NCBI GenBank assembly: GCA_011364905.1 | Contig: RDNZ01000015.1 | Coordinates: 1 to 51,659 of the forward strand | Length of the DNA: 51,659 nt | DNA from: Candidatus Thorarchaeota archaeon | Lineage (GTDB): Archaea; Asgardarchaeota; Thorarchaeia; Thorarchaeales; Thorarchaeaceae | Reading direction: 5' to 3' | Part shown: positions 1 through 10,116 of the stretch, piece by piece | Layout of the letters: each line of letters opens with the position of its first letter | Numbering within the stretch: position 1 is the stretch's first letter | Program-made: the position numbers and the translations under genes | Notes under the pieces: generated by a model | Database searches by the model: none | What the model saw: the letters and a program-made list of their open reading frames with translations, nothing else | What the model was told of the DNA's origin: nothing

Positions 1-160
1 CTTCTCCAAGAACCCGACATTAGGCAGATTCTCACTCTAGTAACACCATTTTTCCAAATAGCGAAAACTCTTGATATTTGCTACTAGTTGTACTGGTAGT
101 TGATACAAAGAAGTGCGCTTTTCTCATACAAACCAGCAGTTTCCTCATCCTGTCATCAGC

Positions 161-168
161 TTATATAC
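161..168 (+). promoter_or_regulatory. Putative archaeal TATA box (TTATATAC)
   Basis: TATA-like octamer about 25 nt upstream of the structured segment beginning near 189. Confidence 0.45.
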
Positions 169-188
169 TAAGAATTCGACATAGACTT

Positions 189-277
189 TGGGACCGAAGG
201 ACCGTTTCCCGGGGGAAAATTGTAACGAAGAACCGGTACGAGGCGAGTCCCAGGGGTCTGGAGAATCTTCAGACCCC
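189..277 (+). ncRNA. Candidate structured 5' leader or cis-regulatory RNA
   Basis: Nested pairings TGGGAC(189-194)/GTCCCA(247-252), ACCG(201-204)/CGGT(234-237), TTTCC(205-209)/GGAAA(214-218), then an 11-bp hairpin GGGGTCTGGAG-AAT-CTTCAGACCCC (253-277, one G-U). Confidence 0.35.
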
Positions 278-369
278 ACCAATCAAGAATTACATGGACG
301 CCAAAAGCGGAATATCTTGATCATATACAACCAAAACTGGAGTTCAGGAAATCCATTTGGAGTTAAGAA

Positions 370-1059
370 GTGATGATAAAACCAAAGATCCATATCGCCT
401 TTTATGGGACTTCGAAAACCACGGAATACTTAGCAGTAAAAAGATGCATTGATGAGATTATCATCGTTCATAGTTCGGACCAAGAGGATGTAGTGAACCA
501 ACTCATCGAGAAATACTCGGAGTTTGGAATCATGACCACTCCTCTCAAGATTGTGCCTGATGATTTCACAAACATCCTGGCAACTGTATTGGATTCTATA
601 GATTCTCGAAAGCTCGATCACTATGATATTGAAGTTAGTGTTTCAACCAACAACTGCATAGTGATTCTAGCGGCATGCATGTTCGCGGCAATCGCAAAAG
701 CCTCCATGGTTTGTGTTCAGAACGACACCGCGTTCAACATCTCTGAAATTTGGCCATCTGAGCTGGTCAACCTTTCTTCTCAGAAACGCGAGATCCTTAG
801 TTATCTTGATCATTGTGAGAGACCAGTGCATCAGAAGGAAGTGGCCGAAGAAACGGAAATTCGACAGTCAGGACTGTCTCGACATCTTCGAAGTTTGGAG
901 CTTGCTGGGTATGTGACAAGGTGGAGAATGTCTCGCTGCAAACATGTCAGTATCACTAATCTTGGACGTGCCATTCTTCACTACAAACGACTAAGAAAGA
1001 GACGAGTTTGGAATTCATATACTCAGCCATTGACAGGAAAAATACAGGTTGTGGGATAA
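370..1059 (+). CDS. CARF/Csa3-like (DUF6293-like) N-terminal domain plus winged-HTH transcriptional regulator
   Basis: Rossmann-like N-terminus (IHIAFYG...DEIIIVHS...IEVSVS) and C-terminal wHTH (QKEVAEETEIRQSGLSRHLRSLELAGYV). Confidence 0.7.
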   Translation: MMIKPKIHIAFYGTSKTTEYLAVKRCIDEIIIVHSSDQEDVVNQLIEKYSEFGIMTTPLKIVPDDFTNILATVLDSIDSRKLDHYDIEVSVSTNNCIVILAACMFAAIAKASMVCVQNDTAFNISEIWPSELVNLSSQKREILSYLDHCERPVHQKEVAEETEIRQSGLSRHLRSLELAGYVTRWRMSRCKHVSITNLGRAILHYKRLRKRRVWNSYTQPLTGKIQVVG

Positions 1060-1062
1060 GAG

Positions 1063-2055
1063 ATGGAAACTTCAAACACATTTCTACTTGAACCTGGACA
1101 TGACAATATGTTTGATGATTATGCTGCTTTGTATAACGCAATTGACTCGCTCGATAATCCAGACCATGTTGAAATCACTGGAGACTATTTCCGTTCATCT
1201 TTTTCTCATCCGAGCGTAGAAGTCGGACGTGACATTGCATTGATACAAAATCATGAGGGGACACTAGTGGCGGCTGGTACAATATTCACCCAACAGACAT
1301 CGCCAGCTGCCTCGAGGATAACTGTCCAAGTACATCCCGACTTTCGAAACAGAGGAGTTGGATCAATGGTTCTGGAACACCTCTTCGAAACAGGGAGGAA
1401 ACGGGGATCGACTGTTTTCAAATGTCGAATACCAAGTTTTCGCACCGATGCAATATCATTTGCTGAGTTTCATGGTTTCGAATACGATTTCTCTTGGATA
1501 AAGATGAGATTGGACTATGATCAGCCATTGACACAGGGAATTCAATCTCAAGAACTAAATTTCAGATTGTTGAATCCAAAAAGAGAATTGAAGAGATGGG
1601 GCGAACTCCACAATGGAATCTACGAAGGTAGTTACGATTCCAGCTTGGCAACGGTTGAGTCGATGAAGGCACAAGTCAGGCATGTCAACTTCGATCCGAG
1701 ATTATTAGTTGTATGCGAACTTAATGGCAAGCCAATTGGAATAGGTTCAGGTTGGTCTGCGAGTTCCGATCCTGGCAGCAACACAAAGAGGACTCTCCAG
1801 ATCCAGGGCATAGGAATTCTACCCAAGTATAAGCGTAGAGGTTATGGACAAACGTTGCTTGTTGAGATTCTGAATCGTGCATTCGAGATTGGCTATAGGG
1901 CGGCAGAACTTATTGTTCACAACGCCAATCAAGCTGCAATAGGTATGTATGCCAAGTACAAGTTTTGCGAACGATACAGGCATCTATGGTACAAGAAGGT
2001 CACGTACGAACAGATGCGCCAAAGCAAAGTGAGTGATGGCAAAGCCACAAACTGA
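1063..2055 (+). CDS. Tandem-domain GNAT N-acetyltransferase (MshD-like architecture)
   Basis: Two acetyl-CoA motifs, VHPDFRNRGVG and ILPKYKRRGYG, plus NQAAIGMY. Confidence 0.85.
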   Translation: METSNTFLLEPGHDNMFDDYAALYNAIDSLDNPDHVEITGDYFRSSFSHPSVEVGRDIALIQNHEGTLVAAGTIFTQQTSPAASRITVQVHPDFRNRGVGSMVLEHLFETGRKRGSTVFKCRIPSFRTDAISFAEFHGFEYDFSWIKMRLDYDQPLTQGIQSQELNFRLLNPKRELKRWGELHNGIYEGSYDSSLATVESMKAQVRHVNFDPRLLVVCELNGKPIGIGSGWSASSDPGSNTKRTLQIQGIGILPKYKRRGYGQTLLVEILNRAFEIGYRAAELIVHNANQAAIGMYAKYKFCERYRHLWYKKVTYEQMRQSKVSDGKATN

Positions 2056-2157
2056 GAGAAGTTCTGCTAGTTATCTTTTGCAGCCTTTATCCTCCAGTGG
2101 AAGGTGAAGGAAAATTCGAATCAAATTCCGCACAACTATTGAACCATCACAGGATAT

Positions 2158-2676
2158 TTGTATCATTTACCTGTGCTTAATCTGAATTCGTGGGAGGCTT
2201 TCGAGTTGGCAAGTAACCAGAACGTCGCGATTGGAGTAGGTCTTCTAGTGTTATTAATCGCCGTTCTCTCGCCCTTCTTTTTTGTAGGTGGAATTGGCTC
2301 TCGTGGCCAGCTATCTATCATTATGTTCACTTTGTTGTGGTCTTGGTCAATAGATCCTGTTGGTCCGATGGAGTTCTACATTCATTATGCATGGACCATT
2401 GCGCAGTATTTCCCATTTGTCTGTTTTCGGCCCCCCTTCGCATATCTGATGATAAGATATTACGAGGGAAAAACCACAGGTGAACGTTTGATTATGGCGG
2501 GGTTACTAGGAGAAGTCCCTCCATGCCTCGTTACTTTTATGAGTATTTCATTATACACAGGTGCATTCCTCGGCCAATTCGTTGGACCTTTGCCGTTACA
2601 TCTCCTTACTGGTTTGATTCTTGTAAAACTCAAACCACCTCCTACCATCTCTAGCCCCTGGGACTCTAACGAGTGA
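2158..2676 (+). CDS. Hypothetical multi-pass membrane protein
   Basis: Several hydrophobic helices; start codon uncertain. Confidence 0.6.
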   Translation: MYHLPVLNLNSWEAFELASNQNVAIGVGLLVLLIAVLSPFFFVGGIGSRGQLSIIMFTLLWSWSIDPVGPMEFYIHYAWTIAQYFPFVCFRPPFAYLMIRYYEGKTTGERLIMAGLLGEVPPCLVTFMSISLYTGAFLGQFVGPLPLHLLTGLILVKLKPPPTISSPWDSNE

Positions 2677-2758
2677 GCAACATATTCTGCTTTCAAATCA
2701 CTGTTCAGTATGCGAATTTGGAGAGAGTATTCATAGTATCTATTTGGGGATGTATACT

Positions 2759-3715
2759 CTACATCATCTCTTTTGGAGGCCAAAGGCCTTCCTTTTCCAA
2801 TATTCTCTCCAACTTAACTCGACTCAGTGTTTTGCCAACAATCGCATTATAATAGGTTATGGCGAAACAGCTCAGGACTTCATCAAAACCAAGTACATTC
2901 ATAGCGATTGGTTCCATATCCACAACTTTCTCAAGTGCAAAGACTGCAAAGATAGTCGATTTGGATTCGACTATTCTTGAATTGAAATACGAGGTAGGAT
3001 ACAAAGCAGATAGTTTACTTGTAATCTCCTGTGCAGTCGCCAAATCTGAATCGTATTTAATGACCAAATTGAATGGAATGTTTCTGCCAAGACTCGGATT
3101 CCATCGAAGAGTCAATGCAATCTTATGTTCCGTTTCCAGATTTTGAAGTATTTGCTTGACCTTTTTTGTAGGCAATTGTATTCGATTAGCAATTTCATGG
3201 TCCACCATTCTGGGATTTATTGCTAATTGACTTAGTACGTCCAATTCATTTCGCGTAAACTGGGGAGCCTCAGGTAGCTCTGATTTCTCATCAATAGGAA
3301 ATACATCATATACCTCAACGCGTTCCACGCCTTCGATAGATCGAATTAGTTCAACTAGTTCCTCCAACACACTTTGCTCTGCATATTCAACACTCAAGTA
3401 AAAATCCCCATTAATCAATGGTAGAACCATGTATACCCCTTCAATCCTCATCACCACATCTTTGAAGGTACTAATCTTCACAGACGCATCAGTGAATATC
3501 ATCAGAGTTGCTATCCAAACATTTGTGAATTCGGGATTCAGAGCAACAATATAGTGGTCTATTAATCCAGAGTTTTCCAAATTATCAATACGCTTCTTGA
3601 CCGAAGATGCTGAAAGGCTGACTTTCTTACCAAGATCTCGGTAGCTAATCCTACAATTGCCAACCAGCTCCCAGAGTATCTTTTTGTCTGTCGAATCCAA
3701 TGACGAGGTCCTCAT
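2759..3715 (-). CDS. Tandem (double) Lrp/AsnC-family transcriptional regulator
   Basis: LDSTDKKILWELVGNCRISYRDLGKKVSLS HTH, and a second HTH unit FTRNELDVLSQLAINPRM. Confidence 0.8.
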   Translation of the reverse strand: MRTSSLDSTDKKILWELVGNCRISYRDLGKKVSLSASSVKKRIDNLENSGLIDHYIVALNPEFTNVWIATLMIFTDASVKISTFKDVVMRIEGVYMVLPLINGDFYLSVEYAEQSVLEELVELIRSIEGVERVEVYDVFPIDEKSELPEAPQFTRNELDVLSQLAINPRMVDHEIANRIQLPTKKVKQILQNLETEHKIALTLRWNPSLGRNIPFNLVIKYDSDLATAQEITSKLSALYPTSYFNSRIVESKSTIFAVFALEKVVDMEPIAMNVLGFDEVLSCFAITYYNAIVGKTLSRVKLERILEKEGLWPPKEMM

Positions 3716-3763
3716 CTATTTTTGTCAATAGATGGGAAAGTCGTTCATTAATCTCTATCGAAG

Positions 3764-4864
3764 TCAGCCTGTCAGTAGAGGAAGATGCTTTCTGCAATCC
3801 TCTGCGAATAAATGACAGGCAACAAGATGATTGTCTTCCAATTCAGACATACTTGGTTTTTCTGTAAAACAGATATCTGATGCAAAGGGACATCTTGGAT
3901 GGAATCCACAGCCTTGGGGTATTTCTCGAGGATTTGGAGGCGCTCCTGATATTCCTCTTAGTTTCGGCTTTTCCCCTCCCTTTGCCATTCGCATCATAGC
4001 AATTGTAGGAAAAGATGCCATAAGTCCAATAGAGTACGGATGTTTTGGTCTATGGAATATCTCCTCTGCGGACCCCACCTCGACGATTCTACCAGCATAC
4101 ATTATACCAATACGATCTGCAAGTTCCGCAATAACTCCGACATCATGGCTGACTATCATTAGAGCCACATCGAACTCCTCCTTGATCATCTGAAAGAGTC
4201 CTATTACCTGTCTTTGTACTGTAACATCCAGAGCGGATGTAGGTTCATCAGCAATAACAAGGTAGGGGGCGGCAATCAGGGACATAGCGAGCTTAACTCT
4301 CTGAGCCTCACCTCCTGAGAATTTACTAGGGTCTAGGATATATCGGTCTCTGGAATCTGCAAGACTGACAAGGTCTAGATATTCGAAGACTCTTTGTTTC
4401 ATCTTTTCAGAGCGTATATCCGGTGTGTGTATCGCAAGCGGCTCGCCTGTTTGATTACCTATGCTAATTGTTGGTGTCAAAGCACTTGCAAGTCCTTGAG
4501 GCATAAATGAAATGTGACTACCAAGGTATCTAGCACGTTCACTGTGATTCAGAGAAAGTAGGTCTATACCCCTATAGAATGAGTGCCCTGAAACTGTGCG
4601 ATTCCAGATTTCTTTTGATTCATATTGGAGCTGTACCGGAAACGACCACTCTTTCTTGATTTGCGCATCTTTGTATCTTTGAGTTATTTGAAATAGACCA
4701 AGTGCAGCAGTAAGCAAAGATGACTTTCCGCATCCTGATTCTCCTAATAGACCAAAGCATTCCTTGGGCTGAAGTTCAAGGGAAGCATCATCCACTAGAA
4801 CAAGGTCGCCTTTGCTACTCGGAAGCACGACTCTAAGGTGATCTAATGCGAATAGGTTTGACAT
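3764..4864 (-). CDS. Oligopeptide/dipeptide ABC transporter ATP-binding protein (OppD/DppD-like)
   Basis: GESGCGKS Walker A, FSGGE signature, IADEPT Walker B, C-terminal HPYS...GCGFHPRC...VACH. Confidence 0.9.
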   Translation of the reverse strand: MSNLFALDHLRVVLPSSKGDLVLVDDASLELQPKECFGLLGESGCGKSSLLTAALGLFQITQRYKDAQIKKEWSFPVQLQYESKEIWNRTVSGHSFYRGIDLLSLNHSERARYLGSHISFMPQGLASALTPTISIGNQTGEPLAIHTPDIRSEKMKQRVFEYLDLVSLADSRDRYILDPSKFSGGEAQRVKLAMSLIAAPYLVIADEPTSALDVTVQRQVIGLFQMIKEEFDVALMIVSHDVGVIAELADRIGIMYAGRIVEVGSAEEIFHRPKHPYSIGLMASFPTIAMMRMAKGGEKPKLRGISGAPPNPREIPQGCGFHPRCPFASDICFTEKPSMSELEDNHLVACHLFAEDCRKHLPLLTG

Positions 4865-4870
4865 TAGATA

Positions 4871-5371
4871 TCACCCCCGACTTGTATATTCCCAAATGAG
4901 CCATGCGACAAAGAGCTGAACGAATCCGACTGAGCCACAAATAACAGGAGCGGCAGGTCTTGTTAATCCCATTAGGAAACCCTCCATCATCAAGTAGATA
5001 CCTACAAACACCTCTGAAACAACTATTGCAAAAGCTCCTTTGGGTCGACCAAAAATGAGAGAGATGGTATTGCATTTTCTAGAGTGTCTCTGAGAAAATG
5101 CTCTGTGATTATCTTCAATAATTCTTATGGTGGAAATCTCATGAACATGTTCTCCAGTATATTCGACCCTAACGAAGTCGCCAAGTTTTGGTATAATACC
5201 ATCAGAATCTTTCCCATAACGAAAATCGATACGATCTTTTTTTTCACTCATAATTGTAATCCGACCTGAGTGAAAACCAGCCCATGAACCGATTTCCAGT
5301 CCAACGACGATTCCATCAGTGACTCCAGTCAAATCAGAGGGAGTTACTGTTGGAGCTCGCTGGCTGTTCAT
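4871..5371 (-). CDS. Hypothetical protein with OB-fold-like N-terminus and two C-terminal TM helices
   Basis: PKLGDFVRVEY beta-rich segment; two hydrophobic helices; ATGA overlap with upstream gene. Confidence 0.6.
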   Translation of the reverse strand: MNSQRAPTVTPSDLTGVTDGIVVGLEIGSWAGFHSGRITIMSEKKDRIDFRYGKDSDGIIPKLGDFVRVEYTGEHVHEISTIRIIEDNHRAFSQRHSRKCNTISLIFGRPKGAFAIVVSEVFVGIYLMMEGFLMGLTRPAAPVICGSVGFVQLFVAWLIWEYTSRG

Positions 5372-5793
5372 GAGATTTCAGCCGCCCGTTCGCTTTGTCT
5401 TATGTCTACCAAGTCTTCGGAATGGTTCATGTTAGATTTTTTGAAGAACTGAATAATCTCATCTGATGAAGGATTTCCAACCATTATTTTGCCATCTAGT
5501 TCCAGTCTAGGAATAGTTTCTTTCATTCGAATCCTTTTGAGGATGCTGTATTTTGCTACGTCAACAATGACTAACTGCCAATTCATCTTAGTACTCGCAC
5601 GAATGGCAGCATCAACAAGCAAAGTTTGCTCTTGGTCTAGAAGGATTTCTTCAGACCCCATTCGGTCATAGGCTCCAGTTCTCATAGGATTGGCACATTG
5701 ATGTCCAACTGAATCGAGATCCACACTCGAAGTCGTTATCTTCATCGATCTAACATAGATTTTGAGTGTCAATTGTTTCATAGATAGATTCAC
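5368..5793 (-). CDS. Hypothetical protein, possible degenerate thioredoxin/glutaredoxin-like fold
   Basis: C-terminal TIPRLELDGKIMVGNPSSDEI resembles the cis-Pro region of Trx/Grx folds; no CxxC. Confidence 0.5.
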   Translation of the reverse strand: MNLSMKQLTLKIYVRSMKITTSSVDLDSVGHQCANPMRTGAYDRMGSEEILLDQEQTLLVDAAIRASTKMNWQLVIVDVAKYSILKRIRMKETIPRLELDGKIMVGNPSSDEIIQFFKKSNMNHSEDLVDIRQSERAAEIS

Positions 5794-5846
5794 GCACCTA
5801 GCTAAATCTTCTAGATGTTAGACTAATTCCATGAAGAGTATATAAT

Positions 5847-5874
5847 GAGGTGTTTCACCGCGGTCGAACACCTC
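5847..5874. promoter_or_regulatory. 28-bp imperfect palindrome (candidate operator) adjacent to TATATAAT
   Basis: GAGGTGTT-TC-ACCG|CGGT-CG-AACACCTC in the divergent intergenic region, next to a TATA-like box at 5839-5846. Confidence 0.55.
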
Positions 5875-6108
5875 GCGTTAATCTGTGAGAGATGCTATTC
5901 AAATTCAGTGTACTACTTTTACTGAGTTTTCAATCCCTCATCCTGCCCAGATCAAAGAGAATTTGACCAATTCTATAATTCAGATTGACTTTCAAAAGTT
6001 AGACCTAATAGCGTGTAATGGGACAATGATTCGATAGCTCGTTCCACGTTTGTTTGGAGTTTCGCGTGCTCAATCACCCAATCGTGTGTCTCGGAGTGGA
6101 GTAGAAAG

Positions 6109-6567
6109 ATGAATGAAACCTCACATGAATATGATTCAGAGATAGATAAGATAGCATCCGAGCTTAAGGGCAAAACACTGAGAGTTTATTGGTATCTACT
6201 AAGAAATCCTGAGGAAACGAGTCTGCGTAATATACAAAGAGGCACAAATCTTTCAAGTCCAAGCCTCGCAACCTACCACCTGAACAAGCTTGTAGGCCTG
6301 GGTCTTGTCAGAACGGACAAGTATGGATCATACAACCTTGAGAGAGATGTGAAAGTTGGCGTACTCAGGTTCTTTGTGGGTTCTGGAAAGTTATTACTAC
6401 CCCGCTACCTTTTCTACGCTGTGTTTTACACAACACTAATTCCATGTAGTTTATTGTTTCTGCCACTTTCAACAGGACCAATTTCACTACTCCTTCTTTC
6501 TGTTCTAGGATTCGGAGCGATAACAAGTTGGTTTGAGAGTGTCAGAATAAGCCGAATGGAGATTTGA
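6109..6567 (+). CDS. Membrane-anchored winged-HTH (ArsR-like) regulator
   Basis: LRNIQRGTNLSSPSLATYHLNKLVGLGLV wHTH followed by two TM helices. Confidence 0.8.
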   Translation: MNETSHEYDSEIDKIASELKGKTLRVYWYLLRNPEETSLRNIQRGTNLSSPSLATYHLNKLVGLGLVRTDKYGSYNLERDVKVGVLRFFVGSGKLLLPRYLFYAVFYTTLIPCSLLFLPLSTGPISLLLLSVLGFGAITSWFESVRISRMEI

Positions 6568-6645
6568 GCAGATGAAAAAACTAGAACAATCATACGAAAA
6601 GTTAGACCTAATAAAAAGTGATTCAATCTATTTCAGGAGGCATTA

Positions 6646-7746
6646 TTGATGATTGGAATGCAAAGTAAACCAGCTGGGTATTCATTGGTTTCAGTGGTGG
6701 TCGCAGGAATTCTACTTGTTTCCAGTCTCGCGATTGGAACAACTAATTCATCTACGTTAGTCCTGCCAGGAGTCGCTCTAAATAATTCGCCTTTCGCGGA
6801 CATTAGTACTGCTAACCTCACATCGGTGGAGTCGTTGCTGTATCCCTCCAACTATGAAGTGATAAGCAGAAGGCCGTATATCATAAGAGTGGATTATCAA
6901 AAAGCTCCTTTCATAACGGAATATGAAGCGGAACAAGCAGCTCAGCAATTCATAGACAAGGTTTTTTCGAATCAATCGGCTCAGCAACTCGAGATTGATA
7001 GATCGCTAACTGATCTGTTTAGAGTTCTTCCGAGATGGAAAATCATCTTCAGAAACAGTACCATCTCAGATGGGATCCACATAGAGGCAAGTGTCACAGT
7101 GAATGCTCTTACTGGAGGAATCATTGGATACTCTGGCAATCCTATAGCGTGTCAAGGGGAAGTAGCCAATCAATCAATTGCTGAAGAGTATGCGACAACT
7201 GCATTGAAGGAGTTGGGTTATCGCATACCTGTTAATTCACGTTTAGTCTACATGGATAAGTCGGACATTTTTGGCGAAGACCTTTCCACTTACTACTTCC
7301 GATTTCAGGAGGTTGCTAATTGTACTATGGTCGATACATTGATTGGGGCCATATTTGTGCAAATAGATGGAATCACGGGCGGAATCGAGCGTTTATCGTA
7401 TGAATGGTTGCAGGTTGATGAGATTCCGACAAGCGGCATAGCTTCCGTAGGGAGAATTGGGTACAGGGCTGTTCTCACTCTCTACAGAGTGCCTGATGGC
7501 GATTACAACGAAATTGGACCCCAGGAGTTCCAACTGTGTTGGGTGAAGGATGACTTCAGCTCTGGGATAACAGTACTTGATGCATTCACTGGGGACATCT
7601 TGTATGTGCAAGATTACTTAGGTGTTGTTCATTCCCAGGATGAAGTAAGAATGAGTTTCCTTATGCCTCTCCTTATCTCTGTCATACCAGCAACGCTGCT
7701 GTACCTTGGTGCAAGAAGGATTCTTCGTAGACAAATGCAATACTAA
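6646..7746 (+). CDS. Exported surface protein with PepSY-like repeats and C-terminal TM anchor
   Basis: N-terminal signal/TM; repeated motifs VNALTGGII, IDGITGGI, LDAFTGDIL; C-terminal TM plus basic tail. Confidence 0.65.
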   Translation: MMIGMQSKPAGYSLVSVVVAGILLVSSLAIGTTNSSTLVLPGVALNNSPFADISTANLTSVESLLYPSNYEVISRRPYIIRVDYQKAPFITEYEAEQAAQQFIDKVFSNQSAQQLEIDRSLTDLFRVLPRWKIIFRNSTISDGIHIEASVTVNALTGGIIGYSGNPIACQGEVANQSIAEEYATTALKELGYRIPVNSRLVYMDKSDIFGEDLSTYYFRFQEVANCTMVDTLIGAIFVQIDGITGGIERLSYEWLQVDEIPTSGIASVGRIGYRAVLTLYRVPDGDYNEIGPQEFQLCWVKDDFSSGITVLDAFTGDILYVQDYLGVVHSQDEVRMSFLMPLLISVIPATLLYLGARRILRRQMQY

Positions 7747-7886
7747 TTGAGAATCCAAACTGAATGTCCATCTCAGAGAGGAATGTTCCCATGCTTCTTT
7801 GGCGGACTTGACTCTCGCCTGCTCCCAAGCATCTCTAGACCACTGCATATTAGGGGCTCTCGTTTCTCGCGGGAATATCATCTTGA

Positions 7887-8081
7887 TTAATCTTGCAGCT
7901 CTTCTTTCCAATATTCTTCGAATGGAACATCTGTTCCAGGTTCTATTGATTCACTTCTATTCTCCAAGACCTTCAACATTAAGGGCTTGATCACATAGTA
8001 AACCGTGAATGCGATTAGGTACATTAGACTAATTCCAATCAAGTTTCCCCAAAAACCATGCTCCGGATAGGGAAATAACAT
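7887..8081 (-). CDS. Small single-TM protein or gene remnant
   Basis: One TM helix, acidic tail, GGAGA upstream of ATG. Confidence 0.35.
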   Translation of the reverse strand: MLFPYPEHGFWGNLIGISLMYLIAFTVYYVIKPLMLKVLENRSESIEPGTDVPFEEYWKEELQD

Positions 8082-8283
8082 AGTGTCTTCTCCAAGGATT
8101 GAGGATATCCGGAAGTCGATTCAATTGAAGCGTTTTAAACCCATAGTTGCATGGAACGCCCCATTATTGTATGGGCTTTTTTAATAGGGTCATCGGATTC
8201 ATTCACAGTAGTTCATTTTTCATCAAGGTTTAAGCGACTTGTATTAAATTGGCAACAGCAAAATCCAATCTGCGATTTTTTAA

Positions 8284-9831
8284 TCATAGAGGGATATTCC
8301 CGTGTTTCTTCGGAGGCCTGTTCTGTCTTTTGCTCTCCAACATATCGAGGCCCTTGCATATCAGTGAACGAGTTTCACGTGGGAAAATAACCTTGTCAAC
8401 ATAACCAAGACCAGCCGCCACATAGGGATTGGCGAACTTGCCACGGTACTCTTTCACAAGCTGGGCTCGTTTCTTCTCCTTGTCCTTTGCTCTGGCGATT
8501 TCCTTGCGGAATATGATGTTGATTGCGCCATCCGGTCCCATCACAGCGATCTCGGCGGTGGGCCAGGCATACACAAGGTCAGCACCGATGTGACGAGAAG
8601 CCATAACATCGAATGCACCGCCATATCCCTTCCGAGTGATGATAGTTATCATGGGGACTGTCGCCTCAGCGAAGGCATAGAGGATCTTTGCCCCGTGGCG
8701 AATGATTCCACCATATTCCTGTGCGGTTCCGGGTAAATAACCAGGAACATCCATGAAGGTAATAATGGGTATATTGAAGGCATCACAAAACCTAACAAAC
8801 CGCGCGCACTTGTCGGAGGCGTTGATATCGATTGTCCCAGCCAGATGAGCAGGATTGTTACCCACAATCCCAACCGACCTACCATCAAACCGTGCAAATC
8901 CCACAATCATGTTCTGAGCCCAGAGGCTGTGGACCTCAAAGAACTCACCATTGTCAGCAAGCTTCCGAACAACATCACGCATGTCATAGGGCTTGTTCGG
9001 ATCATTCGGGATCAGTTCGTCAATCGACTCATCGACTTCGTCAGGCGCATGACCAGTATCAATTCGTGGAGGATCTTCGAGGTTATTTTGAGGAATGTAA
9101 CTGAGAAGTGTCTTGATCTGGTCGAAGCACTCATCCTCATCCTCGCTGGCGAAGTGAGAAACCCCGCTGATGGAGGAGTGAGTCATCGCACCGCCAAGCT
9201 CCTCGAAAGTGACTTCCTCGCCGGTCACTGTCTTGATGACATCAGGTCCAGTTATGAACATGTGAGCGATGTCTTTGACCATGAGTGTAAAGTCTGTAAC
9301 TGCTGGACTGTAGACTGCGCCGCCTGCGCATGGACCCATGATAGCTGAGATTTGCGGGATAACACCACTTGCGAGGGTGTTTAGTCTAAAGATCTTGCAG
9401 TAGCTTACCAGTGACTTGATGCCCTCCTGTACTCGAGCACCAGCCCCTGCATTTAGGCCTATCAAGGGAGCTCCAGCCTCCATGGCAAGTTCCATTATCT
9501 TGACAATCTTCTCACCATACATCTCAGCCAGGGACCCACCCCAAACAGTGAAATCCTGACTGAAGATGAATATTTTGCGGCCATTGACAGTTCCAAAACC
9601 GGTGACAACGCCATCCCCAAGAATCTGTTTCTCAGCCATGCCAAAACTCGTTTCTCGATGAACAACAAACTCATCAATCTCAACGAATGAGCCAGGATCA
9701 AGCAACCTGTCAAGGCGTTCGCGAGCTGTCAGTCGACCTTTCTCGTGCTCAATCTTGATACGGTCTTCGCCCCCACCAAGTTTAGCTTGTTCTCGCAGAT
9801 TCGTAAGTTCCTCAAACTTGTCCTTCGCCAT
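8284..9831 (-). CDS. pccB: Propionyl-CoA carboxylase / methylmalonyl-CoA carboxyltransferase beta subunit
   Basis: GDGVVTG, QDFTVWGGS, GARVQEG, GPCAGGAVYSPA, DVPGYLPG, KKHGNIPL. Confidence 0.95.
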   Translation of the reverse strand: MAKDKFEELTNLREQAKLGGGEDRIKIEHEKGRLTARERLDRLLDPGSFVEIDEFVVHRETSFGMAEKQILGDGVVTGFGTVNGRKIFIFSQDFTVWGGSLAEMYGEKIVKIMELAMEAGAPLIGLNAGAGARVQEGIKSLVSYCKIFRLNTLASGVIPQISAIMGPCAGGAVYSPAVTDFTLMVKDIAHMFITGPDVIKTVTGEEVTFEELGGAMTHSSISGVSHFASEDEDECFDQIKTLLSYIPQNNLEDPPRIDTGHAPDEVDESIDELIPNDPNKPYDMRDVVRKLADNGEFFEVHSLWAQNMIVGFARFDGRSVGIVGNNPAHLAGTIDINASDKCARFVRFCDAFNIPIITFMDVPGYLPGTAQEYGGIIRHGAKILYAFAEATVPMITIITRKGYGGAFDVMASRHIGADLVYAWPTAEIAVMGPDGAINIIFRKEIARAKDKEKKRAQLVKEYRGKFANPYVAAGLGYVDKVIFPRETRSLICKGLDMLESKRQNRPPKKHGNIPL

Positions 9832-10116
9832 CTGTCAACACCGACTCGTTTGGTCTTACTGAGAGGTGTGCGTCTGTTTTTTCAATCTTCTGTTTTCTCG
9901 GACCGAGGTTGTTCGCTTGTTCGTAGAAGAAGATGTGCATGTGACCCATCGAAAAGCACGCGCTTTTTTTGTGACAATCAGAGCCCCACGCACACTAATA
10001 TGTTCTATTTAGTCATATTTAGATGTTTCTTGTAGATGGCATAAGCTCAAAATGTTAAGTTGCCAGAGACCATAAGTCAAATCTTTTAACTATAGTTAGT
10101 AAAATGCTTCTCTAGG

